IMG/VR virus record: IMGVR_UViG_3300043960_000006 | Coordinates: 1 to 36,325 of that record | DNA length: 36,325 nucleotides | DNA from: a virus | Strand: one strand, 5' to 3' | Shown: positions 17,569-23,577 of the stretch, piece after piece | Numbering within the stretch: position 1 is the first letter of the stretch | Layout of the letters: each line of letters begins with the position of its first letter | Position numbers and translations under genes: made by a program | Notes under the pieces: model-generated | Seen by the model: only the letters and a program-made list of their open reading frames with translations | What the model was told of the DNA's origin: nothing | The model's database searches: none

Positions 17569-18375
17569 ATGAAGGGCGAAACTTACAAAGAATTTGTTGA
17601 AAAATTCAAGCCAAAGAAAACGACCGATGATTGTTACACGCCAGACTACATATATGAGATTGTTGTTGGATGGTGCGTGAGTGAATACGGGGTTGATCGT
17701 AAAAAAATCATAAGGCCGTTCTGGCCGGGCGTTGATTACCAAAAACAGAATTATGAAGGGCGAGTTGTGGTTGACAACCCGCCCTTTTCAATTCTCTCAA
17801 AAATCATAAAATTTTATGAAGAGCGCAACATTAAATATTTTCTTTTTTGCAATGCCATGACAAGCTTTTCCATTAAATCAGGCTGCCACATTGTAATAGA
17901 TACTCCAATTGTATATGAAAACGGCGCAAAAGTCTCAACTGGGTTTATCACGAATCTTGATGATATGGAAGCACGAACCGCGCCTGATCTTGATGCCGCG
18001 ATTAGAAACGAGGCTAAAAAGCACAAACAGACAAAAACACTTCCGAAATATGTATATCCCGATTGCGTTCTTACGGTGGCTGAACTTCGTCTCCTCAGTA
18101 AGTACGGGATTAATTTCTGTGTAAACAAATCGGAAAGTGTTCCAGTTCGTGTACTTGACTCACAGCGCATGATCAAAAAAACCATATTCGGAAGCGGGCG
18201 TTTTATATCTGAGAAGGCCGCCGCTGAGAAGGCCGCCGCTGAGAAGGCCGCCGCTGAGAAGGCCGCCGCTGAGAAGGCCGCCGCTGAGAAGGCCGCCGCT
18301 GAGAAGGCCGCCGCTCATGTGTTGGAACTTTCTGAGCGTGAAAAAGAAATAATAAAAAAATTAGGCGGGGCTTAA
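17569..18375 (+). CDS. Orphan N6-adenine DNA methyltransferase, EcoRI-methylase-like, with C-terminal (EKAAA)7 repeat
   Basis: TTDDCYTPDYIYE plus VVVDNPPFSILSKIIKFYEERNIKYFLFCN resemble M.EcoRI (SDEFYTQ... and VVTNPPFSLFREYLDQLIKYDKKFLIIAN) as I recall it. No adjacent restriction enzyme gene. Confidence 0.65.
   Translation: MKGETYKEFVEKFKPKKTTDDCYTPDYIYEIVVGWCVSEYGVDRKKIIRPFWPGVDYQKQNYEGRVVVDNPPFSILSKIIKFYEERNIKYFLFCNAMTSFSIKSGCHIVIDTPIVYENGAKVSTGFITNLDDMEARTAPDLDAAIRNEAKKHKQTKTLPKYVYPDCVLTVAELRLLSKYGINFCVNKSESVPVRVLDSQRMIKKTIFGSGRFISEKAAAEKAAAEKAAAEKAAAEKAAAEKAAAEKAAAHVLELSEREKEIIKKLGGA
18211..18315 (+). repeat. Perfect tandem repeat, 7 x 15 bp (gagaaggccgccgct), in frame, encoding (EKAAA)7
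   Basis: Counted directly: seven identical units at 18211, 18226, ... 18301. GC-rich repeat inside an otherwise AT-rich gene. Confidence 0.97.
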
Positions 18376-18833
18376 TGCTCCGCCTTCTTCCTTTCTTCGT
18401 ATGCGTCGTTGATCAGGTCAGCGACGATCTGCGACCGGCTCAGACCCGAAGAGCGCGACATATCTGCGAGCTTCTCGATCACACTCTTCGTGAGCGAGAA
18501 GCTGCACAGCTTCCGCCCTATAGGTTTTGTATCATCCTGAACGGTGAATATTTTTTTACAATCTTCATCGCTCAGATGTTTCTCAGCCCACTTGCGGGCC
18601 TCTCCATATGTCAGCGGCGTGATTGCCTCGCCGCCGCTCCAAGAGTTGATCTCCACCTCCTCGGCGTAGGGTGAAGCCGGTCCGCCGACGCCGTGGATGA
18701 AATATTCCCCGGTAGATTTCCGATAAAGCACTTCCGAGTAATGCTCGGAAGTGCCTTTTTCACCATATTCATATTCGCCGTACTGCACCGCCGTGTCGGT
18801 GCAATAGCGGCGACCATTGATTATTTTTTTCAT
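18372..18833 (-). CDS. Protein with C-terminal ribbon-helix-helix-like DNA-binding domain (last gene of the minus-strand accessory operon)
   Basis: ATG at 18833 (MKKIINGRRYCTD...) follows AAAGGAGGAGG. The longer ORF-track start has no RBS. The C-terminus LCSFSLTKSVIEKLADMSRSSGLSRSQIVADLINDAY looks like a CopG/RHH fold. Confidence 0.6.
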   Translation of the reverse strand: MKKIINGRRYCTDTAVQYGEYEYGEKGTSEHYSEVLYRKSTGEYFIHGVGGPASPYAEEVEINSWSGGEAITPLTYGEARKWAEKHLSDEDCKKIFTVQDDTKPIGRKLCSFSLTKSVIEKLADMSRSSGLSRSQIVADLINDAYEERKKAEH

Positions 18834-18849
18834 GCGTGTCCTCCTCCTT

Positions 18850-19071
18850 TTACTTGTATCTTTTGATTTCGTTTCCATCAAGATGGTCTGCGGCATCCTC
18901 ATCAGGATTGTCTGACTCAAGCACATAGAATGCAACTGTATGTCTTTTTTCTTCATTTGTGGTGTATCTTTCCCACTGTGCATCAGCTTCCCGAATCGCT
19001 TCTTCCTTGCTATCATATTCTTCTGTAAAAAATCTCCCGGGGCCTCTGTCATCTACAATGATATATTTCAT
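18850..19071 (-). CDS. Small acidic protein, unknown function
   Basis: 73 aa, about 20 Asp/Glu against 11 Lys/Arg by my count. Tightly packed in the operon. Confidence 0.55.
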   Translation of the reverse strand: MKYIIVDDRGPGRFFTEEYDSKEEAIREADAQWERYTTNEEKRHTVAFYVLESDNPDEDAADHLDGNEIKRYK

Positions 19072-19074
19072 AAT

Positions 19075-19596
19075 TTATACCTCTTTCCATGCAAGGCTTC
19101 CTGTCTTCTCCGCATATCCACTCTGAAGATCTTCATATGTCCTGATCGCGTCCTCATTGCGCTCAGCCCCCAGCACCTTGCACGCAGCGTCCCACTGACT
19201 GGTCGGAATCTGATAGAACTCATCGCAACCATTCATACTCAGGTAATGGGCGGCATTAAGGAAGCGGAAGACATCATCTATCGTGTTAATGTTCATTGCC
19301 CGAATAGCATCGAGATATGTCTCCGCATACCACCCGCCATACTCTTCAGCCATTCTTGCAAGTGCATTGACGATCCACACGGTATCACCGCCGTTGCGTA
19401 TATCGTCGTAACTTACGCCCTGCTGATCGCAGTCATCTTTGATGTCATCTCTGATGTCGTCATAAGCACCGATCTCGGTCGCTGCAAAACGCCATGCAGC
19501 CTTCCGCTCTTCCTCTTCAATTTCTTCTCCTTTGTATGCCTTGCGAACAAAATCCGCAAAGTCAATGTCGTCCATGATCCGGTTTTCTTCCTTCAT
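19075..19596 (-). CDS. Acidic protein, unknown function
   Basis: ATG at 19596 (MKEENRIMDD...) follows GGGGAGAAAGAG. The ORF-track TTG start at 19644 is less likely. Asp/Glu-rich N-terminal half (DDIRDDIKDDCDQQGVSYDDIRNGGD). Confidence 0.55.
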   Translation of the reverse strand: MKEENRIMDDIDFADFVRKAYKGEEIEEEERKAAWRFAATEIGAYDDIRDDIKDDCDQQGVSYDDIRNGGDTVWIVNALARMAEEYGGWYAETYLDAIRAMNINTIDDVFRFLNAAHYLSMNGCDEFYQIPTSQWDAACKVLGAERNEDAIRTYEDLQSGYAEKTGSLAWKEV

Positions 19597-19640
19597 TGCT
19601 TTCTCTTTCTCCCCGTCTTGCCGGTAGGTCAGCAGGTAAA

Positions 19641-19832
19641 TCAATGCGGGCGATTATCCTCCTTAACCCACAGCCACCCGGCGTGGGTGTTGCTGCCATC
19701 GTATATCTCTTCATAAAGCGAATACGTGGCTCCGTCCCCGTGATCTGGGGCCTTGAGGTATACACCTGAAAAACCAGAATCAACGCTTTCACCAGATTTC
19801 ACACCGGTATAAATCGGTTTTGAAAGTTTCAT
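19641..19832 (-). CDS. Small protein, unknown function
   Basis: 63-aa ORF in the operon with an upstream AGGAG-type sequence (revcomp of ctccttct at about 19840). Confidence 0.45.
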   Translation of the reverse strand: MKLSKPIYTGVKSGESVDSGFSGVYLKAPDHGDGATYSLYEEIYDGSNTHAGWLWVKEDNRPH

Positions 19833-19877
19833 AATTTATCTCCTTCTGCCCTCGTAACCTCCGGGGCGGGTCTGCGT

Positions 19878-20138
19878 TTATACCTCTTCTTCGACTTCCT
19901 CGACCTTGATCTCGAGAGTCACAAGCTCTTCGCCAAGGTCTTCGCCCTTGTAAATGTAATATTCAAATGTCGTTGCGTCGACGCGCTTAGCGTCGAACGT
20001 TCTGAGGTCCGGCTCTTCGGTTTCAATAGCGATCCGAAGAGCTTCCTCTTCACTTTCAGCCTCGATGGGCTCTACTGCCGTCCACTCGGCTTCTTCCCAA
20101 TCTCCTCCATTAGCTCTCGTGAACTCTGTGTATTTCAT
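19878..20138 (-). CDS. Very acidic small protein, unknown function (first gene of the accessory operon)
   Basis: ATG at 20138 follows ACAGGAGGG. 86 aa with 28 Asp/Glu against 8 Lys/Arg by my count, ending EEVEEEV. Confidence 0.6.
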   Translation of the reverse strand: MKYTEFTRANGGDWEEAEWTAVEPIEAESEEEALRIAIETEEPDLRTFDAKRVDATTFEYYIYKGEDLGEELVTLEIKVEEVEEEV

Positions 20139-20183
20139 TGTAAACCCTCCTGTTGTGATTTTCTTTTCCCTCTTGCTGATTAT

Positions 20184-20212
20184 ATAGTAGCACAGAGTTA
20201 TATAATTGTCAA
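20184..20212 (-). promoter_or_regulatory. Sigma-70/SigA-type promoter for the accessory operon
   Basis: Minus strand reads TTGACA (20212-20207), 17 nt, TGc-TACTAT (extended -10, 20189-20184). Octamer ATTATATA/TATATAAT occurs three times (20179-86, 20199-206, 20215-222), bracketing the -35 and overlapping the -10. Confidence 0.6.
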
Positions 20213-20229
20213 GCATTATATATAAATAA

Positions 20230-20264
20230 TTAAAAAAATTACCGGCCCCATCTATCAGGGCCGG
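20230..20264 (-). terminator. Rho-independent terminator, minus strand
   Basis: Stem ccggccc/gggccgg (20242-48 / 20258-64) with a 9-nt loop. On the minus strand it is followed by TAATTTTTTTAA. Confidence 0.6.
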
Positions 20265-20459
20265 CATCTAGCAGATATCTAGCACGCATATGCGCTCGTG
20301 TGCGCTTCTACGCATGGTAAAATGTAGAGTTTGCGCGGGTTTGCGCATATACGCACGATGTGAAAATGGACAAGGCGGCCATACAAAATCTCATGACGAT
20401 TCCTTTGCTTGTGCGGTTTTCTGGCGCTTTTATGCCACTCATCTAGCAAATATCTAGCA
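20265..20459. other. Candidate attP region
   Basis: Non-coding stretch just 3' of int. 20-bp direct repeat catctagca(g/a)atatctagca at 20265-84 and 20440-59. 10-bp palindrome cgcatatgcg at 20285-94, related gcgcatatacgc around 20343-54, and a TTTGCGC doublet. Confidence 0.4.
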
Positions 20460-21552
20460 TTTTTACGCTCTTTATTTCTTCCCGGTCCCGCTCCCTCATC
20501 TGATCGGTAACGTGCATATAAACTTCCTTTGTGATTCTGCTGTTCGAGTGCCCGACTCTTCGTGTGATCGCTTCGAGAGATACGCCAGATCCCGCCAATG
20601 TCGCGACGTGCGTATGCCGCAAGGCGTGCGGTGTAAGCGGCCGTCCTGCGGCCTTCTCGCAGTTCTCACGAAGATATTTTCTATATGCTTCGTAGTGGAT
20701 ATATCCGCCGTCGCAGTTTGGAATAAAGAGCCGTGACCGGTACGCAAAGCGCATCTGCTCCGCCGCTATAAAAGCCTTGATCCTTCGGCAGCAGATCAGA
20801 AGCTCGTCCTGCATATACACGGATCGCTCAGAGGTTTCGGTTTTTGTCGTCGAGATTTTCCGTATTATGAGGCTGTAAGTTTTGCTCACACTGATCTCGC
20901 GCGCCTGAATATCAACATCGTTATCTTTTAGCGCGATTGCCTCGCCGATCCTCAGGCCCGATAGGATTAAAAACTCCGTAAGCAGCTTCCACTTTTCGAC
21001 TTTCATTTCCGATAGAAGCGCGGCGATCTCATCACGCTCCAGATACTTTTCGGAATCCTTCACCCTTGCGGACGGCTCTTTCATCCTTTGGAGTTTATCA
21101 ACGTAGCTGATATTTTTGACATAATCCGCCTGATACGCCCAACGGATTAGAGACTTGAACGCTTTCAGCCTCCCGTTGTAGGTGCTCGGAGTGTCGGACC
21201 ACAGCTTTTCTGATGCAATCGGAGCAGTGAGCCGCGACACGATCGCGTCGGCTCCGATCAGGCGCGCCACAACACTGAGGTGCTGCTTATCACTCAGCGC
21301 GGTTTGCTCTTTTACGCTCTTGAGTTGGTGCTCATAGTATCGCTCGATCAGATCTCCGAGCGTGATTTCTTCCGATTTCGGCGCGGATGCCTTTTGAATC
21401 TTCTCCCGCAGGATCTCACGTGCGGCACGCTCGTCGGCCTTCTTCCGCGTCGGCTTGATCGTTACCGTAGCTGTCTTGGTTTTGCCGGTCAGCGGATCCT
21501 TATAGCGCTCATAGTAGCATACGTTTCCACTTTTCAGCTTCTGACTCCACAT
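20443..21552 (-). CDS. int: Tyrosine recombinase / phage integrase
   Basis: ATG at 21552 (MWSQKLKSG...) follows AAGGGAGGA. C-terminal ALRHTHVATLAGSGVSLEAITRRVGHSNSRITKEVYMHV fits the HxxR...Y catalytic signature. LRIGEAIAL fits the first Arg box. Confidence 0.9.
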   Translation of the reverse strand: MWSQKLKSGNVCYYERYKDPLTGKTKTATVTIKPTRKKADERAAREILREKIQKASAPKSEEITLGDLIERYYEHQLKSVKEQTALSDKQHLSVVARLIGADAIVSRLTAPIASEKLWSDTPSTYNGRLKAFKSLIRWAYQADYVKNISYVDKLQRMKEPSARVKDSEKYLERDEIAALLSEMKVEKWKLLTEFLILSGLRIGEAIALKDNDVDIQAREISVSKTYSLIIRKISTTKTETSERSVYMQDELLICCRRIKAFIAAEQMRFAYRSRLFIPNCDGGYIHYEAYRKYLRENCEKAAGRPLTPHALRHTHVATLAGSGVSLEAITRRVGHSNSRITKEVYMHVTDQMRERDREEIKSVKMLDIC

Positions 21553-21575
21553 AAAAAATCCTCCCTTGTGAAAAC

Positions 21576-21627
21576 GCCCACGGGAGGATATAATCAAGTG
21601 TGTGTCAAGGTGTGTCCTCTCGTGGGC
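21576..21627 (-). promoter_or_regulatory. Leader hairpin upstream of int, with an arm complementary to the int Shine-Dalgarno
   Basis: 13-nt arms gcccacgggagga / tcctctcgtgggc pair at 12 of 13 positions around a 26-nt loop. The minus-strand transcript continues GUUUUCAC, then the RBS GGGAGGA. The proximal arm contains UCCUCCC, an exact complement of that RBS. Confidence 0.45.
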
Positions 21628-21672
21628 ATTGCCGCCGCCCTCGGTCGCTCGGGGGCGGTTTTTATATGTTAT

Positions 21673-21729
21673 AAAGTTATCAAAGTTAATAAAAGTCAAT
21701 GCAAAGTTATAAAAGTTAGTCTAAAGTTA
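21673..21729. repeat. Six phased copies of AAAGTTA (one AAAGTCA)
   Basis: Copies start at 21673, 21682, 21692, 21703, 21712 and 21723, giving spacings of 9, 10, 11, 9 and 11 bp. The array lies between the ltp stop and the int start. Confidence 0.9.
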
Positions 21730-21769
21730 ATCCTCGGAATAATTTGAACACGCATCCACCTCGCTTTCA

Positions 21770-22810
21770 TTATAATCCTAGCTGATCGGCGGCATAAGTC
21801 GCTTGCTCCTTTGTGAATTTGCTTCCGCTATTCGAAGATAACTGCTCGATCAGTCTGCTTCTGGAAAACCCTCCCAATTCAAGATAACTCTGACCGGCTT
21901 CTACGGCTTCCTGATTCCAGTCCGCTCCACAATTGTCCGCGGCATAAGTGGCCTGCTCTACGGTGAATTTATCCCCAGCGTTGGAAGAGAGCTGATCGAT
22001 AATTCCCTGATAAGAGAAACCGCTCATGCTAAGATATGACTTTGCTTTTTCAAGCGCCTCAGCATTCCAGTCAGCTTCGCAGTGATCTGCCGCAAAGGTC
22101 GCATCATCTACGGAAAATCCCTCCCCATACTGCGAAGAGAGCTGATCAATCAACCCCTGATACGAAAATCCGCTCAAATTGAGATAGCTTTTCGCTTTTG
22201 AAAGCGCCTGCCGCTGTGAAGTAGTCGCTCCTGCAAGCGGATCCGGTGTTGGTGTCGCGGTCGGCGTCGGTGTTTCTGTAGGTGTTGGCGTGGCGGTTGG
22301 CGTAGGCGTTTCAGCAGGCGCGCTTGTTATCGCTGTGCTTTTACCATTGATGCATTCGGCCATACCATTTATCATGCTCATTGTTTCTTCGGAATCAGAC
22401 GTTTTATAGGCTGCTTCAAAATAGTATGTGTCATTGTGAACAATAATATGAGCGATAATATTATTTTGGCAAGTGTATGTTCCGTCTTCGTTCTCTTCTT
22501 CGAATTTTCCGTAAAGATCTTCCGGATAATGATCTTTTAATGCATTACTTACTTCGTATACCCGAGCATCATAATCTTCAGCACAGTTTTCTTTCGTACC
22601 ATAAAATACAGAATTAAAGGTTGTGGAATCTTTTTTTGCCTCAAACCCTTCAAAATTTGATTTTTTTATTTGAACAACATTAAATCCGTTCGATTTTAAA
22701 AAATCCCATTGTTTGTCAAGTATGCCGTGCTGATCTTCCGTCAAGATACTACTGTTTGAGCATCCGGCTAACATAAGAGTAGCCAGCAGTAAACAAAATA
22801 CCTTCTTCAT
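21770..22810 (-). CDS. ltp: Ltp-type surface lipoprotein (superinfection exclusion) with three Ltp repeats and an extra N-terminal domain
   Basis: ATG at 22810 follows GAGGGGGTGG. Signal peptide with LAGC lipobox. PT-rich linker (ETPTPTATPTPTETPTPTATPTPDP). Three repeats of about 50 aa (A/G)KSYL..(S/G)GFS...(L/I)I(D/E)QLSS....(F)(S/T)...AT(F/Y)AAD, as in phage TP-J34 Ltp. Located between int and the repressor, as in TP-J34. Confidence 0.8.
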   Translation of the reverse strand: MKKVFCLLLATLMLAGCSNSSILTEDQHGILDKQWDFLKSNGFNVVQIKKSNFEGFEAKKDSTTFNSVFYGTKENCAEDYDARVYEVSNALKDHYPEDLYGKFEEENEDGTYTCQNNIIAHIIVHNDTYYFEAAYKTSDSEETMSMINGMAECINGKSTAITSAPAETPTPTATPTPTETPTPTATPTPDPLAGATTSQRQALSKAKSYLNLSGFSYQGLIDQLSSQYGEGFSVDDATFAADHCEADWNAEALEKAKSYLSMSGFSYQGIIDQLSSNAGDKFTVEQATYAADNCGADWNQEAVEAGQSYLELGGFSRSRLIEQLSSNSGSKFTKEQATYAADQLGL

Positions 22811-22833
22811 ATTTTCCACCCCCTCAACTTTTT

Positions 22834-23043
22834 CTACACTCGCATCTTGCTTTCGATCAAATCGGCAGAGTCTTCGCGATCGTGATCGCCTCGCCGGATG
22901 TGTTCCAGCTCGTGCTTGTATGCCGCGACCTGTGTTTCACGGTTCATCCTGGCATTAAGTATGATCGTAAAGCTCCCGTCCGGATTCTCCCGCGTCAATC
23001 CTCGGATCGACGTAGGAATATCCCTGTAAATTACATCAACCAT
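22834..23043 (-). CDS. Mini ImmA/IrrE-like metallopeptidase-motif protein
   Basis: 69 aa containing HELEHI (HEXXH). Overlaps the 3' end of the XRE repressor gene by 8 nt. GGAGGCG RBS. Confidence 0.55.
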   Translation of the reverse strand: MVDVIYRDIPTSIRGLTRENPDGSFTIILNARMNRETQVAAYKHELEHIRRGDHDREDSADLIESKMRV

Positions 23044-23425
23044 CCGTATCGCCTCCAGTCATTCTATCTATCATCTCTTTTACAAATTCGATGTCTTCCG
23101 GTTTTACTTTGCGAGAAGCATCAAAGAGTACCTTGTAATCTGGATTCTTGTGCAAAAAATCGGCAAGTTCACGTGTTTCTTCATCTATGTAATATGTTTC
23201 GCTATCGTCCTTTTCTTCTAGCAGATCTGATTTTTCAATGCCGAAATAATCAGCGAGCATTTGAATTTTTCCCATACGCGGGAGCTTTTTCCCGTTGCAC
23301 CAACTAGAAACCGTTGCAGAACTTAATCCAAGATCTCGCATCAAGTCCATCTGGTTTTTCCCGTTTTTCTCCATATAATACCGTAACTTTTTAACAAACA
23401 CTCTTCTATAATCATCATCCGACAT
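23036..23425 (-). CDS. CI-like lysogeny repressor, XRE-family HTH
   Basis: ATG at 23425 (MSDDDYRRVF...) follows AGGAGG. HTH segment NQMDLMRDLGLSSATVSSWCNGKKLP. Divergent from the cro-like gene. Confidence 0.8.
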   Translation of the reverse strand: MSDDDYRRVFVKKLRYYMEKNGKNQMDLMRDLGLSSATVSSWCNGKKLPRMGKIQMLADYFGIEKSDLLEEKDDSETYYIDEETRELADFLHKNPDYKVLFDASRKVKPEDIEFVKEMIDRMTGGDTDG

Positions 23426-23453
23426 GGTTAGATCCTCCTGTTGAATTGCTTCA

Positions 23454-23482
23454 ATAATAATACTTTTAGAAAGACTTAGCAA
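23454..23482 (-). promoter_or_regulatory. Repressor-side promoter (PRM-like)
   Basis: Minus strand: TTGCTA (23482-23477), 17 nt, TATTAT (23459-23454). Confidence 0.5.
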
Positions 23483-23499
23483 GAAAAATTTTTAAAAAA

Positions 23500-23535
23500 T
23501 CTTACTTTACGCTTGACATCTTCCTTAAAGTAAGA
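23500..23535. promoter_or_regulatory. Operator-like inverted repeat tcttacttta ... taaagtaaga bracketing the -35 of the lytic promoter
   Basis: Perfect 10-bp arms at 23500-09 and 23526-35, with a 16-bp spacer containing TTGACA. Confidence 0.6.
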
Positions 23536-23541
23536 TATGAT
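23513..23541 (+). promoter_or_regulatory. Early lytic promoter (PR-like)
   Basis: TTGACA (23513-18), 17 nt, TATGAT (23536-41), 36 nt upstream of the cro-like GTG. Confidence 0.65.
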
Positions 23542-23577
23542 GAGATCATCAAATAGGCGCGAAAGAGAGGTGATACA

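Noticed and set aside
18211-18315. Tandem 15-bp repeats, and the repeats at 25590-25736, considered as a possible CRISPR array
   Set aside because: The units are contiguous with no spacers, they are far shorter than CRISPR repeats, they lie in frame inside coding sequences, and no cas genes are present.
17569-18375. Methyltransferase considered as half of a restriction-modification system
   Set aside because: No endonuclease-like ORF flanks it. Upstream is the endolysin and a terminator; downstream is a convergent operon of small acidic proteins. An orphan methylase is the simpler reading.
18940-19716. 258-aa plus-strand ORF across the accessory region
   Set aside because: It lies antisense to four tightly packed minus-strand genes that have good RBSs. 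It has no RBS of its own, and its sequence is Phe/Ile/Cys/Leu-rich, typical of a shadow frame.
20139-21699. Long N-terminal extensions in the ORF track: 19878-20267 (129 aa), 20443-21699 (418 aa), 18372-19052 (226 aa) and 23036-23482 (148 aa)
   Set aside because: In each case an internal ATG with a strong GGAGG-type RBS is present, at 20138, 21552, 18833 and 23425. The extensions run through promoters, terminators or neighbouring genes.
22834-23425. XRE protein plus small HEXXH protein considered as a toxin-antitoxin pair
   Set aside because: The XRE gene is divergent from a cro-like gene, with operators between them, and sits next to int. This is the standard repressor/anti-repressor-protease layout of Gram-positive temperate phages.
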